DNA of 64,000 bases from an uncultured Nitrososphaerales archaeon (GTDB lineage: Archaea > Thermoproteota > Nitrososphaeria > Nitrososphaerales > Nitrososphaeraceae): NCBI GenBank assembly GCA_963713605.1, contig CAVQMO010000015.1, forward strand, positions 32,001-96,000, read 5' to 3'. This document shows positions 1-12,024 of the stretch, in pieces. Within the stretch, counting starts at the first letter, position 1. Each line of letters opens with the position of its first letter. The notes below the pieces were generated by a model, which was given only the letters and a program-made list of their open reading frames with translations, was not told the origin of the DNA and ran no database searches. The position numbers and the translations under genes were made by a program.

Positions 1-448
1 TACTTCACTCTTCTCAAGTTTTTGTTAGACATCTAAAATAGAAAACGGAGACTGAACCATCGTCTTAATGACTTAGCTTAGGGCACCATACACGATTATT
101 ACTTTCTGAAATTTTGCAGTAGATTTAGAAATTAAGAGACTGAAACTTACGTTATGTAGTAGAAGTTTATGTTATGGCTAATCTAACGGGCTGACTAATG
201 GGATGAATGAACTTAAATGAATATTGATAACAACAAATATTGTGGGGCTCCCATTATAATTCTACTCTAATGCAGATCCTTCCAACTAATAACACAGCTT
301 GAACTCGAAATATGGCCGCATCGACGGTCTCCTTTCAGCAGACTATTACAGTGTAAGTCTTAAATCGTTGTACGATACCATATTTCTTTGATTATGTCAT
401 CATTTTCCATATCCATTTGTACTTTCTCTTCTGCAGAATGAGGGCGTA

Positions 449-1543
449 TCAATCAGTAGTCGTTGTCAATCTATCAAGTTTCAAAATTGTAGCCAAAGTT
501 AATTTAGTTACAGAAGTCAAATATTCATAGTCTAGAATATCAGAAGTATCAGTACTCTTATGATAATTTGGATTCCTTGTTACACCATCATCGTGAAAAC
601 CAATAACTGTGTAACCTAAAGCTTCAAAAGGAAGATAATCACTATTTCCTAATACGCCTAGGGTTGCGTTTAGATTAATATATTTTTCAGCTACACCTTT
701 GACGAAATTTGCAACAGCTCGTGAATATTTGTCATTATTTTGCACAACATTCCCATTATCATATTCTATTAGAAAATCATTAGTTTCTTCTGGAGAGAAA
801 CCTATCATGTCTAGATTAATTAATAGATCAAGGTCTACATCTGTTTCATCAATATAGTCTGCATAATGTGTTGAACCCCATTTGCCTTGCTCTTCACCAG
901 AGAATAGCACAAAGATGATGCTATGGTTCAGACTTACATTGGAAAGGATTCGTGCCACCTCCAATAATGCAGAAACACCACTAGCATTATCGTCAGCTCC
1001 TGGAGCTCTAGCAGTACTATTGTTAATGTCTTCCATTCTACTATCGTAATGGGCAGAAATTATTATCGTGCTATTTGTTGAACCTAATTTTTCACATGCT
1101 ATATTTTTTAGGTAATAGGTAGGCATCTTTTCTTGCTGGTGATCTTGTAGGCCGCCGACGTCATCTTCTTCGTTAGGAATATGCGTAAAATTATGGACGT
1201 ATACTTCTCTACTACAAATATTCTGAAGTTTCTCTGTTAACCAAGAAGCAACATCATCTATGAATTCGGATTCTGTATGTCGAGTATGAAATGAAGATAG
1301 ATCACGAACAGTTTTATTGAGATTATCTGGATGTACTTCATCTAATGCACCATTAGAAATGATGCTATCATAAATATCTGACTTCGCAGTAATTTTTGGA
1401 AAGGGGAAGGTTATAATAAAATCGTAATCATCTTCATCCATTAAGTGAAATGGGATTGGAAAATTAGTCAATGCGAACAAGTATAGCAATATGAAAATGA
1501 TCGGAAAATGCATAAGACTATAATGCAAACTTCTTTTATTCAT
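449..1543 (-). CDS. M28 family Zn-dependent aminopeptidase, N-terminal signal/TM
   Basis: Motifs SAHYDS, GADDNASG, GEEQG, NLDMIG, SDYLPF, YH; hydrophobic N-terminus. Confidence 0.9.
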   Translation of the reverse strand: MNKRSLHYSLMHFPIIFILLYLFALTNFPIPFHLMDEDDYDFIITFPFPKITAKSDIYDSIISNGALDEVHPDNLNKTVRDLSSFHTRHTESEFIDDVASWLTEKLQNICSREVYVHNFTHIPNEEDDVGGLQDHQQEKMPTYYLKNIACEKLGSTNSTIIISAHYDSRMEDINNSTARAPGADDNASGVSALLEVARILSNVSLNHSIIFVLFSGEEQGKWGSTHYADYIDETDVDLDLLINLDMIGFSPEETNDFLIEYDNGNVVQNNDKYSRAVANFVKGVAEKYINLNATLGVLGNSDYLPFEALGYTVIGFHDDGVTRNPNYHKSTDTSDILDYEYLTSVTKLTLATILKLDRLTTTTD

Positions 1544-1556
1544 ATCACGATCTATT

Positions 1557-2347
1557 TTAGAGAAAATCAGAGAGATTTGCCTGCTTTGTTTTTATTAAAC
1601 TTGCATTATGATCATCATTTCCTTTCCCTGCTGGATTATCAACCTTCATAACATATTCTTCTCCCCATTTCACTTCTTCAAGACCTACCAGCCGTCTAAA
1701 GATATTAACCGTACCAGGTCCAAAGCCTGCATAATGATTATTTGCAGCAACAATTGCAAATTTGACTGGAGTTATATTTCCTTGATCAATTCCGGTTCTA
1801 AAATTGCGTTGCAATTTTTTTCATCTCTTTTATCCTATCAATCTGAATATGACCAAAATCTTTCTCTTGGATATTTCTATCTCCAATAAACCTCACGTAT
1901 ACAAAATCTGTAACTATAGGCGGAGTATGTATTTCTGCAAGCTGACCCCAGACCAGGCACATGTTATTGTTAGAAAGGAAATTGTAAGCCAGATCTTGAA
2001 ACCAAGATCTATGTCTTACTTCTACTGCGTATCTGAATCTATGATCTAGATATGGAATAATATTTCTTGGAGCATCAAGTCCTTCAACAATTTGAATAGA
2101 AGGTGGCAATTGTATCAAAAGTGCAAGTAGCTTTCCTTCAGTTCAGACATAGAATCTAAAAAGTAACCTAATTGATCCTCGTCAAAATACTTAATCTCTT
2201 ATCATGTGTTATTACTTTGGGGAATTCTGCAGTGAATCGAAAGTACTTCGAAGTCCTGTTGTACCAGTTCTTGACCATGAATTTGTTAGGAATTCTATGG
2301 AAGGAAGAGTCTATTTCTAACTCATTAGGAGTGTAATATTTCAGCCA
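1557..2347 (-). pseudogene. DUF72 (YecE-like) gene, 5'-truncated and frameshifted
   Basis: Consecutive fragments WLKYY..EIDSSFHRIP..FPKVITHDKRL / IQLPPS..AVEVRHRSW..YVRFIG / AANNHYAGFGP in three ORF pieces. Confidence 0.8.
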
Positions 2348-2492
2348 TCTCGAATTGATACAATTGCCACCTAGCGAAAAATTAGTCATGACCAAATGAT
2401 GTTATCACCATTTTTTCTTAGTCTTATTGTCATCAATGTCATTCAACAGTATAGTATAGCATATTATTACTATTATTCATGCAAATCTGTAT

Positions 2493-3146
2493 ATGAAAGG
2501 AGAATGCAGCTTGATCAAGGGGACCATGATTTTGCTAATGTTATTTTTTGTTATGATAGTTGTCACCATTCTAGTAATAGATAAAGGTTTTAACAATGCT
2601 CTACCTGGTACGACGACCTTTGCTCAGACGTCAGGAAATGCGACATCGCCTCTTAATAAGACTCAGGAATGGATAAGTCAAAAAGATGCTGTGAAAATCA
2701 TTTTTACCTATCAACCGGAAAGACCGATCATTGACACATTTACTAAACTAGAATTCAGTGTTATCAATCTAACTAACAATGAAAATCTTAAGGATTTTGA
2801 TGCAAGGGTAGTTGTAACAAATGGTCAACGGTTGTTCAAATTCGAGAACATTACTGTACGAGACGGAGATTTTTCAGTTGAATACCTCTTCCCAGACGAC
2901 GGTACTCACCAGGTATTGACGAGAATAAGCAAGGGTAATGCTGTACAGGTTCTTGCCTCATTTAATGTGTTCGTGCCTCATCAAGCCCCACCAAGCCTTC
3001 TTAATCCCTTTCCCAATACTCCTGCAAGTGAGATAGAGTCTATCACTAGGGTTCTTACAATAATTATTTCATTTTCGATAATAGTAGTCGTTATTCTTAT
3101 GTTAAGAAAAGGGAAGAGCAGGAAGAGGAAAAAAGAGAGCTTCTGA
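2493..3146 (+). CDS. Membrane-anchored secreted protein with Ig/YtkA-like domain; paralog of 52130-52754
   Basis: N-terminal signal, YLFPDDGTHQV motif, C-terminal TM plus basic tail. Confidence 0.7.
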   Translation: MKGECSLIKGTMILLMLFFVMIVVTILVIDKGFNNALPGTTTFAQTSGNATSPLNKTQEWISQKDAVKIIFTYQPERPIIDTFTKLEFSVINLTNNENLKDFDARVVVTNGQRLFKFENITVRDGDFSVEYLFPDDGTHQVLTRISKGNAVQVLASFNVFVPHQAPPSLLNPFPNTPASEIESITRVLTIIISFSIIVVVILMLRKGKSRKRKKESF

Positions 3147-3409
3147 GATTATGAGCACGCTGAGAATATTTGCTTATGTGTGACTGTAACTGACAGTGTG
3201 AGAAGCTCTAATGCCAAACTGCATAGGTTGAGTGAAGCCTTTCCTGGAGTCCGTATTCGAGCATTTGCAGTAATACGATAATAAGCAGAAGTCAAACCTT
3301 CAAGGCGATCTGAGGATCCATGTGTAGGGAACGTCACGCTAGCGGTTCGAGACTTTCAGAGAACCGTAAGTCAATACCAAAACTGGAGAGATAATCTAAA
3401 TGCATCAAA

Positions 3410-3616
3410 CTACCATGCAAAGGAGTACCGTCCATTCTCAACTGCATCCTGAAATTGGCGAGGTGTGAGTTTGTCTACCACTTTTTTCAAGTTTCTCTTC
3501 TCTTTTTCATCCTCTGATTCAACTACTATGTACCATCTCTCCAATTTCTGTTTCCAGATAGCCACAATTCTTACTCCTGTTGTCGTAGTCAACACTACGA
3601 CACTTCTTTGCTCCAA
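3410..3616 (-). CDS. Small hypothetical protein; paralog of 20544-20738
   Basis: Near-identical N-terminus and VVDKLTPRQFQ in both copies; flanking DNA also shared. Confidence 0.6.
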   Translation of the reverse strand: MEQRSVVVLTTTTGVRIVAIWKQKLERWYIVVESEDEKEKRNLKKVVDKLTPRQFQDAVENGRYSFAW

Positions 3617-3705
3617 TATTATTACTGGCGCAATGGATAAGATTAACGCTACTTAACCTAGATTGTGATAAATAATAATGGATAGCTCGCAATAATCAAC
3701 TTAGG

Positions 3706-3926
3706 AGTGTTTAACCCTTATAGGCTTCTCTATATGGCTTAGCTCACATTCTGCCTTGGACAATACTGTAAGCAGGATAGGGAATGTATCTGAAGATACT
3801 GGTATCCTGATACTTCAAGGAGAAAATGATAGCTCGACTCCACTTGAACAAGGGTTACTATTACAACAGAGACTAACAGAAGTAAATCACCCTGATCACC
3901 TGCTTATTACATATCCAGACATGATA
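3706..3926 (+). pseudogene. C-terminal remnant of an alpha/beta hydrolase
   Basis: Translates as ILILQGENDSSTPLEQGLLLQQRLTEVNHPDHLLITYPD with no start or N-terminus. Confidence 0.6.
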
Positions 3927-4079
3927 TAAGGATCACTCTCGTAGAACCTTCATAATAGTAAGACTATTCTGAACTGTGTTTGGGACTGCTTATCTACGGT
4001 AAGCAAATTTGGACGCTCTTCAAATATTTATTCTACCAGAGAATAAGAAATTGTCGGTAACTAGCCCACTTTAGAGAGG

Positions 4080-4286
4080 CTAACGCATCGATTCACACTC
4101 TTCTTTAGACCATCCTCGTTTAACCGGTACTATGTTTCGTGTACGAGGATGTTCTACCCACCAATTCACAAGACCATTGCAATTACCGCATCGTAATTCA
4201 ATTCTTGAACCATTTATCCTGAAATATTGTACTTGCTTCAAACCATTCATGTGTTGATTACAGTTACAATCTTTAATGCTAGACAT
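4080..4286 (-). CDS. Small Cys-rich protein, possible zinc ribbon
   Basis: CNCxxH and CGNC motifs, ATG start. Confidence 0.5.
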   Translation of the reverse strand: MSSIKDCNCNQHMNGLKQVQYFRINGSRIELRCGNCNGLVNWWVEHPRTRNIVPVKRGWSKEECESMR

Positions 4287-4814
4287 TTTGTATTAATTCT
4301 ACAAATCTTCGAAAAACAAGATAATATCAGGTGTGATCAATAAGACTATCAAAAGAGTATATGATGGATATTATCTTACTTCATAGCATTTGCTTCAGCT
4401 AGTCAAATATTATACATCACATGTCCTATTTTTTTTCCATTCACTGTTAAAATTCGGCCTGTTCAACCGCTTACGGCGTTATTTAGTTGATCTACTTCAT
4501 TGCTTCTTCAAAAGTACTTGCAGTGAGAGGTGAGCTACCCTTAAAGTTTCATTATATGTCGGAAGACGAAGGATATTTCGGTTACGGTTCTTGCTGAGCA
4601 AGGTCATTGCCGTGTCTATAGTGTCGACATTATATGACTTCGTAGTGCTCCGATCTGTATAGCGAGTTCGGGGTCATAAGTGGATTATTTCATCCATTCT
4701 ATTCGAAGTTTTAGCTAAGATTTGGCAAGACAAATCTATATGAACATTATATAAGATAATTACTGAGCTTGTATTCGTCTATTTGATATATCTCGAATTA
4801 CTTCTATACCTTAA

Positions 4815-5165
4815 ATGAATAGAAGTATACCGGTAATTTTAGCTGTAGTCGTAATTACAGCAATGATAGGAGTTAATGTATCCTTAGAACAAGCATTTGC
4901 ATCTGCTTCCGCATCTGCTGCAGCAAGTGGCGGATCAGCGGCAGCGGCAGCGGCGGCAGGGGATAGTTCGGCAGCAGCGGCAGCAAGTGGCGGATCAGCG
5001 GCAGCAGCGGCAGCGGCGGCAGGGGATAGTTCGGCAGCAGCGGCAGCAAGTGGCGGATCAGCGGCAGCAGCAGCAGCATCATCAGATGATGATGACGATC
5101 ATCATCGTCATCATCATTATGACTGTGACGATGATGATGACTGTGATGACGAGGACGACGATTAA
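4815..5165 (+). CDS. Secreted poly-Ala/Ser repeat protein with Asp/His/Cys tail
   Basis: Signal peptide ending QAFA; SGGS(A)n/GDSS(A)n repeats; paralog at 63124 shares upstream and downstream DNA. Confidence 0.75.
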   Translation: MNRSIPVILAVVVITAMIGVNVSLEQAFASASASAAASGGSAAAAAAAGDSSAAAAASGGSAAAAAAAAGDSSAAAAASGGSAAAAAASSDDDDDHHRHHHYDCDDDDDCDDEDDD

Positions 5166-5245
5166 GGAGCAAACCGCCCTATCCTTTCTTTTTTAACATA
5201 AATTCCGATCAGTTAAGATGATAGTAAATTAAAATGTGATTTGAG

Positions 5246-5932
5246 ATGAATAATATTATGAAAATAAACAAAATGAAATCATTATCCCTCAACCATTTGC
5301 CGGCTGGTTGTACCTTAATCAGTTTCTCATTGCTATTATTATTGTCATTTTTGGTCTTGCCATTGAATGTTAATGCTGCGGTAGACATTGACACCTCTGG
5401 AGATGGAAGAGCAGCCGCTTTTGATGGCGAAGAAGGAATTGCCACCGAAGGTGATAGCTTCTGCAGCATTACAGATGATATTGCAGGAGGAAAGTTTTCA
5501 ACACTCTTTGAAGGGATAGTGGGAGAGTGTGATGACTCACAATTATCAAACCAATTCTTGGTAGAATACACATTTACAAAGAATCCAGTAAAGGTAGGAG
5601 AAAAATCATATTTCACAGTAACTGTCAAGGATAAGAATTCTGGCAATCCAATTTCCGACGCATTTGTGACACTAGATATCCAGCCTCCATCATCAACTTC
5701 ATTTGAAACTAGTTCAACTGGTGGCGCAGTAGCAGCTGCAGGTATATCTTCAACTCAAGAGATAGGACAAGAAAAAACAGCTCAAGCTACGAATACAGAT
5801 AACAATGGACGTGCAACATTTACTGTAGAAGTAGGACCTAAATCTGATTTAGGTATTTACGATACAGAACTTAAAGTTGCAAAAGATAGCTATCAATCAA
5901 GTTTCGAACAACTAGACTTTCGTGTAGTATAA
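5246..5932 (+). CDS. Secreted protein with C-terminal Ig-like domain
   Basis: Signal peptide (VNA); FTVTVKD..GNPISDAFV and TDNNGRATFTV are Ig-fold-like strings. Confidence 0.7.
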   Translation: MNNIMKINKMKSLSLNHLPAGCTLISFSLLLLLSFLVLPLNVNAAVDIDTSGDGRAAAFDGEEGIATEGDSFCSITDDIAGGKFSTLFEGIVGECDDSQLSNQFLVEYTFTKNPVKVGEKSYFTVTVKDKNSGNPISDAFVTLDIQPPSSTSFETSSTGGAVAAAGISSTQEIGQEKTAQATNTDNNGRATFTVEVGPKSDLGIYDTELKVAKDSYQSSFEQLDFRVV

Positions 5933-6148
5933 AGGCTTCAATCCCTCTTATCTTTTGATCTCATCTATTAGCATTCTTCTCGATAGATCGAGTATTTATT
6001 AATAAATTTGGCATATCATACATTCATGATTAATGATAATGACTAGACTTGGGATAGTTTATTCCATAGATTTTCAAATATATACAGTTGCTACTTTACG
6101 GTTTCAGTTAAATCAACACACTATGTTAGTCATGGCAATGATAGTACA

Positions 6149-7075
6149 TTATTGTTGTTTGATTTCTGATTGAATCCAAAGGTTCTCAAATATAGAAGCA
6201 TAAGAAAAAACGGTTGATTCACTATTTGAGTATGTAGCCAAACCAATTGAATTCTCATCCTCCTTTTCTTCTATTACCAATGATAACTCTCTGTCTGTTA
6301 CTATGGTCGTTAGTCTAGTTTGTATCGACTTGAGCAGATGGCGCAGCTCTATACGTTGATATCCATTCAATAGCTCAATGTCATTCCCTTGTCCTACGAG
6401 TATTCTAACTGCAATCTCATCTGTAGCCTTCTGTTTCAGAAGATTCTATTATTCCTTGATTATGATATTGATGAAGTATATTTGCATGTGAAAATATTAT
6501 CAGAATCTCTTCAGTTGCAGAAGATAGAACTTTGAAATAAGGCTATTTGTTTCTTCAGAATCTTGGATTGTTTCTATGAATTCTCTTTTTATACCCTCTT
6601 CTATCTCCTTTATCCTTTGCTTAGCAAGAATCGCCTTTTTCCATAGCATATCAAAAAAGTACTGTTGCTATTCAACAAAAGCCCTTAAGGTGCTAGTAAT
6701 AAGTAATGGAGGAGGTGAAGATTCAACTGTTTTTGCCCCAGCTGTGTAATATTTTCCGTCAGCTATTCCAAAATTCCCTTTTACTTCATCCAAGTGACGT
6801 AGCTCACATACGCTCATAAGTTCTTTACAATATCTTATGTTATCCTTTGTAATTTCAGCAATAAATCTTAATCGTATTCCTCTCGCTTTAAGTTCTCTAT
6901 AGGCATTAGTAATTGGATGATTAGGAATTACAAACATTGACGGACCATTAGAGTCAATACAATTATTAACAGATTCTCTGAGGATAGAAATTGTGGTAAG
7001 AACATACTTAACTATGTTTTCAGCACCATAGATTACTTCCGTCTTCTCCTCTGTCGTGGAATGTGCTGAATTCAT
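6149..7075 (-). pseudogene. Thaumarchaeal sensor-kinase-type N-terminal domain protein, disrupted, no kinase domain
   Basis: ELRHLDEVKGNFGIADG; in-frame TAG at 6668-6670 in FVE*QQYFFDMLWKKA; later frameshift; tail ATYSNSESTVFSYASIFENLW resembles the kinase at 60828. Confidence 0.75.
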
Positions 7076-7288
7076 CAAATAAGTAATCGTTAATACCATG
7101 AATATATGTTGCATCCAACAGTTCTATGAATAACATGACAGAAAGTTTATAGTACGAATTTGAATCATAAATCGCTTGGCAAGTATAAATTTCACTATCA
7201 ACGGCATTTTAATCTAGTATTTAATACAATCATTCACTCCTTAGATCTATCATTTTTATTCAGTATGTATCATAATGCATAGAGAAAA

Positions 7289-7837
7289 ATGGATTTCGAT
7301 GAAGTGGTTAAGAAAAGAAAGATGATAAGAGAATATCAACAGGATAGACAAATTCCAAATGACATAATAAACAAACTTCTTATAAACGCGCATAGTTCGC
7401 CCAGCGCTGGACATACTCAAGTACAGGAGTTTATTGTTGTATTAGATCCTATTACAAAAAGGAAATTATGTCAGGCATCGCTAGGACAAAGTCAGGTTGA
7501 AGATGCATCAGTTCTAATAGTTGTGTGTTCAAACACATCAAGGTCTGTTGAAAGATATAAAAAAAGAGGTACTGAATTCTATAGTATTATCGATGGTGCG
7601 TTTGCTTCTATGATTATACTGTTAAGTGCAGTTAACGCAGGTATCGGAGCTAGTTTTGTTGGAGCGTTTGAAGATAATGAAGTATCAAGAATTCTTGGAT
7701 TACCAGTATACGTTAAACCAATAGGAATAATTACATTAGGATATCCAGCTGAAAATCCAGAAAGATTCGAAAGGATAGAACTGAATAACCTCGTTCATTA
7801 TGAAAAGTATGATAGAAGAAAACAAGTAGCAGAATGA
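7289..7837 (+). CDS. Nitroreductase family protein
   Basis: RKMIREY, SPSAGHTQ, GIGASFVGAF, ITLGYP motifs. Confidence 0.9.
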   Translation: MDFDEVVKKRKMIREYQQDRQIPNDIINKLLINAHSSPSAGHTQVQEFIVVLDPITKRKLCQASLGQSQVEDASVLIVVCSNTSRSVERYKKRGTEFYSIIDGAFASMIILLSAVNAGIGASFVGAFEDNEVSRILGLPVYVKPIGIITLGYPAENPERFERIELNNLVHYEKYDRRKQVAE

Positions 7838-8033
7838 TGTACAGAATATTTGACAAATGAGAATTTAGTTGGCAGATACCACATATTCAACTAGCATGGC
7901 TGATTATGTTCCATCTGAAGAGCTTTGGCTTTCAATTCAATATTAATTACTATTAGATATTATTTGGGATTAAATGCAAGTTCTGCGCTCTAAGTTACAC
8001 CAAGATAAATAGCACAAGGATAAAGAAAAGTGT

Positions 8034-8648
8034 ATGTTAGAGGAAAGAGGTGAAGAATTCACTTCAACTAAAGAGATGATAAAACAGCCAGGAGAAAGGG
8101 AAGAAGGACCTACTGTAACCGAAGTGTCAGATAGACGGGTTTCGATAGGAGAGGCATCGGCTATAGTACCCCAAGAAGGAAGATAGCAAGAACAAGAACA
8201 AGAACAAGTAAAACAGGAACCCAAAATTAGCAAAAGGAAACAGAAGAGGAGGGTGGTGACTTCTTATCTATCAGACATATCAAAACAAGTAGAGAAGAAT
8301 GGGAATCAGATTAATAGGATAACAATGATGGTTCAATCGATACAGAAGCAGAAACCAACAAGAACAACAACAGTTGCAGCAGAGGGCCAGTCACAAATGC
8401 AACTTGTGAAGCACATCAAATCCCAAATGAGTCAGTTGCAAAAACAGGTGGCACGAATTCACAATGACATTCAAAAGATATGAATAACTTCTGAAACAGC
8501 AATAACTACAAAAGCAAAATTTAAAAAAATAGCCTCTTCCAGTGCTAACATTAAACCTAGATCTAAGAAAAGCAAGTCACTTAAGACTACTAAAGTCAAA
8601 AGAGGTGGATGGGCGGGTGCCAATAAGTTTCATTTGTTGGGGAGGTAG
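8034..8648 (+). pseudogene. Glu/Gln/Lys-rich coiled-coil protein with two in-frame stops
   Basis: One frame from ATG 8034 with TAG 8184-8186 and TGA 8481-8483, ending in a Lys/Ser-rich tail. Confidence 0.55.
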
Positions 8649-8910
8649 TTGATGTAATCACATTCTCGGATTTTTTTTGGATTTAATGTATAACCTAAGT
8701 GAGAACGCCGTAAATTCTTGATCATTATTTCCAGTAGTTATAGTTGGCATTATTTCTTCACTAATATGCTAAATTAGTATATTCAGTGCATCGAGCTTAG
8801 ATACCCCAATGTCTTTAGTTATCTGTCCAGCTGCTCTTTCGATACCCCTTCAGTATCCAACTGTGTTTACCCTTCTTTTGTTTAGGTAGCTTTTATATCG
8901 TTATCTTATT

Positions 8911-8974
8911 CTATTTCACCCTAACAACATCTACTTGACCGCTATGCAGCCAATCTTTGAGTTCTTCGTGAGAT
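8911..8974 (-). pseudogene. 3' remnant paralogous to 41281-41496
   Basis: Encodes SHEELKDWLHSGQVDVVRVK* versus SHEELKDWLRSGQVNVVRVK*. Confidence 0.7.
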
Positions 8975-9526
8975 CCCTCTTAGTTTGTATGTTTAAGAGG
9001 AATGCATTTCCTGGTATTGCCCTATGTGCTAATATTTCTTGGGAGTTTATATTCTCATTTTTTCTACCTTCTTCTCCACCCCAACTATTTGTAAATCATC
9101 TCTGGTTTGGATTGGACTGTGTGATTGTATTTCAGTTCTTCCGATACTACAAATGTTTAAGCAAATAACATATATCTTAACAAGTATCATATTTAGATCA
9201 ATAATTGTTATAGCTACAAAGAGTTAGAGCTAACTCTTGTTTATCATAACTTTCATTAGTATGAAGCTAGTATGCAGTAAGACGATTCAGGCGTTCATAT
9301 TATAACAGTCATACAATCAGAAATAGTGAGAAACTACCACGTCGATAAATATTTCACTATACTTCTTCATGTTCACATATTGCTTGAACTGCATAATCTT
9401 TCTTCGCACGTGACCTTTCATCTACCTCAAGTCAGATGGAGACAACTGCCGATCTAAAATCTCATGCATTTGAACAAATCAAAATGTTATATGCAACAAA
9501 AATTATAATTTGCCTCTTCGCTCTTA

Positions 9527-10117
9527 TCAGCGAATACCATTTTCCCATCTCTTGAATCTGTAATAAATATTTCTTCGTTGCCTTCGCAATTCCCTTGATT
9601 GTGATTTCATGTCGCTAATTGGTTCTAATTGTGTCTCAAATACAGTAGCTATTCTTTCAAACAATGATAGTAAAGGAGGCTTGTTTGAACCTGCGATATT
9701 AATACTTTCATCATGCAAATGCCTTTCATTAACTTCTTGATTACCTGAATAGAGATCGTTATTATGATCAGGTTTAGAGGATTTTTTATTTTCACTCTCA
9801 TCCCTTTTTTTGAAGAGAAACCATTCCTTGAAATCGGCATAGTCATCTTTAACAAGTCCAATGCCTAAGCCAGTAAGTATAGCTGCGGGAACAGACGTAC
9901 TTCTAAAAAATACAGACAACATTAATAATGCACCTATTTGACCATGATGCATCCTTCTATTGAAAAAATACACTTTTTGAGGCGGGGAAAGTGACGATCC
10001 TCCCGGATCCGTTCGATTTCTCTTGTTCCAATAATCTGCTATTACTTCTGCAGCTGTTAGACCAAGAATGATTCCTCCTTCGACCCCTAAACCGCATAAA
10101 AGTCCGTACAATACCAT
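9527..10117 (-). CDS. Hypothetical membrane protein
   Basis: Hydrophobic segments, RMHHGQIG motif, 196-aa ORF. Confidence 0.6.
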   Translation of the reverse strand: MVLYGLLCGLGVEGGIILGLTAAEVIADYWNKRNRTDPGGSSLSPPQKVYFFNRRMHHGQIGALLMLSVFFRSTSVPAAILTGLGIGLVKDDYADFKEWFLFKKRDESENKKSSKPDHNNDLYSGNQEVNERHLHDESINIAGSNKPPLLSLFERIATVFETQLEPISDMKSQSRELRRQRRNIYYRFKRWENGIR

Positions 10118-10328
10118 TACAAATAATATATTTGAGTAGTCATTATAAGTATTACACTACACTGTGAAATCATCACTTCGGCTGCTTGCCTTCGAGTAAT
10201 CATATTGAGACACCATAATATCGGCACGATCATCAGGGCATCAATTAGAATTGGTCAAAGTTGCTCGAGAATATGAATTAGAGCTTGTTTAACTAATTTA
10301 TAAATCTCCAAATGTGGTCGTAACTTTA

Positions 10329-10760
10329 CTAATCTCGCTGTTTAGCAGATGATGATTGAATTAGTTCAGAAATATGTTCAAGGATTTTGATATGGTGATC
10401 TTCGTCTACTACGATGCTTCTTAAAATGGATTTTGATTCAGGATCATCTGTCATTTCAATACAATTGTAAAGGAGATCTCGAGATTCTTTCTCTTCAGAA
10501 ATAGATTTCGCTATTCCCTTGCTTGTCAAGGCTCTACTACTACTTCCACCTTCAATATTTGACATCATTGCTGAAATGTATTGCACATGTTTAAGTCCAT
10601 CGGTAAGTAACGTCTGAAAATATGTTCTTATGAGGTTGTTTTGCATGCTACCCAAAAGTTCCATATAATGTGAGAGTTCACTCAGTTCTGCCTCGTATTG
10701 GGACTTGAGCAGATTATATAATTTTTGCTTTCTTTTAAAATCCTCTAATCCCAATGCCAT
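10329..10760 (-). CDS. Ferritin-like / rubrerythrin-fold protein
   Basis: Paired helices with E..DGLKH and EEKES..DEDHH metal-ligand patterns. Confidence 0.75.
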   Translation of the reverse strand: MALGLEDFKRKQKLYNLLKSQYEAELSELSHYMELLGSMQNNLIRTYFQTLLTDGLKHVQYISAMMSNIEGGSSSRALTSKGIAKSISEEKESRDLLYNCIEMTDDPESKSILRSIVVDEDHHIKILEHISELIQSSSAKQRD

Positions 10761-10907
10761 AATCTATACTATTTCTTTTCTTATCAAGGTTCCTATTTAA
10801 AACAGCCTTAAAATTCTCCAAAATATTCAAAAACTCCAATTTTCTATTTATGTCTTGTAATGCTTTGCTTACTGCTATACATTGAAAAGATGATATTTTA
10901 CACTCCC

Positions 10908-11102
10908 CTATTTTTTCCCTGTATAATTGGCTGGTATCTTGTATTTTTTACCTTCTAGTCTATACAATTTCCAGCAATCTGCGTGTAAGAATCTAAGTGA
11001 ATCTATATCTTTGCTATCCTGATTAGCTCCACAATAATCACATATTCTTCCCTGATTAAATAGGTCGGATCTTGTGATCCTATTTGCCTTCAATAATATC
11101 AC
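10908..11102 (-). CDS. Small CxxC-HxxC zinc-finger-like protein
   Basis: ICDYCG...LHADCW. Confidence 0.5.
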   Translation of the reverse strand: MILLKANRITRSDLFNQGRICDYCGANQDSKDIDSLRFLHADCWKLYRLEGKKYKIPANYTGKK

Positions 11103-11331
11103 CTCCCTCTTCTCCTCCTACATACCAAATTAGCCAAATCTCTGTCAGGTATTTGTTATGTCGGATCAGAATAATTAACTTTTCAAAAATAAACTGTCAT
11201 AGATATCAGATTCGTACCCCCACATTGACGATAAAAGTACACTCGTCTTCGTTACGGATTGAAAAGAAAAGAATTCAATACAGGAGATCATTGTCATCAT
11301 CACATATTCACTGCTTTTAGCTTCCAATATC

Positions 11332-11786
11332 TTAATCAGCTATATCCTTTTCTGCGAGTATTTTTGTAGGTTTTATACGTATAACGACTTCGTCTTCGCC
11401 ACTATTTCTCTTGCCATATGCTTCAGCTTTCTCCTTACCCATATATCGTTCTGCTATTCTGGTAGCCCACTTAAGAAGTTCTTTCTGTTTATAACGAAAT
11501 ATTTTTGCAGTACCATCAATAATTACAAATGAGAACTGGGGTGTCTGATCATCTACACAAATGCTTACTCTACTGTCACGTTCAATATTTCTTGCCTTAA
11601 CCGAGTCCTTATAGGTGGTAAAGGTGATATCTCCTATTTTTCTGGTTGTTCGATCTTTTTCCTCATCTAACACAAACCAAATTGGAACAACGTGAGGACT
11701 CCCATCTTTTTTCCTGTAGTAAGTTTTCCCGTAAAAGTACCTTGCATAAGAAATTTTTTAATTTCTTTATTGGACATTTTTGCCAT
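11332..11786 (-). CDS. PPOX-class F420-dependent oxidoreductase (frameshift near 11715)
   Basis: MAKMSNKEIKKFLMQGTFTGK..DGSPHVVPIWF joined to KARNIERDSRVSICVDD. Confidence 0.8.
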
Positions 11787-12024
11787 TACCGTTAGTTATC
11801 TAGTTAGTTGAATATAATATGTGAGGAGTTTTTGGTAAATAATGCTGCGATTTTACTCAGCTAATGCCGTAACACCTGGGTCATCCTTAAAAGCATAATT
11901 CGATATGCTACAGTATTATTACTTGACGAACCTTAGCAACGTATCTACCTAGACGACATTATTCGCATGAAACCTTAATAACAGTCCAAATATTGAATTT
12001 GAAGATGTGGTTATGCCAGAGACC

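Noticed and set aside
4873..5196. Alternative-frame Gln/Arg-rich and Leu/Pro-rich ORFs (also at 63120-63488)
   Set aside because: Shadows of the GCA/GCG repeats; only the Ala frame carries a signal peptide
6668..8483. Stop-codon readthrough (pyrrolysine/selenocysteine)
   Set aside because: Stops fit point mutations such as CAG>TAG and CGA>TGA, both TAG and TGA occur, and no recoding machinery is visible
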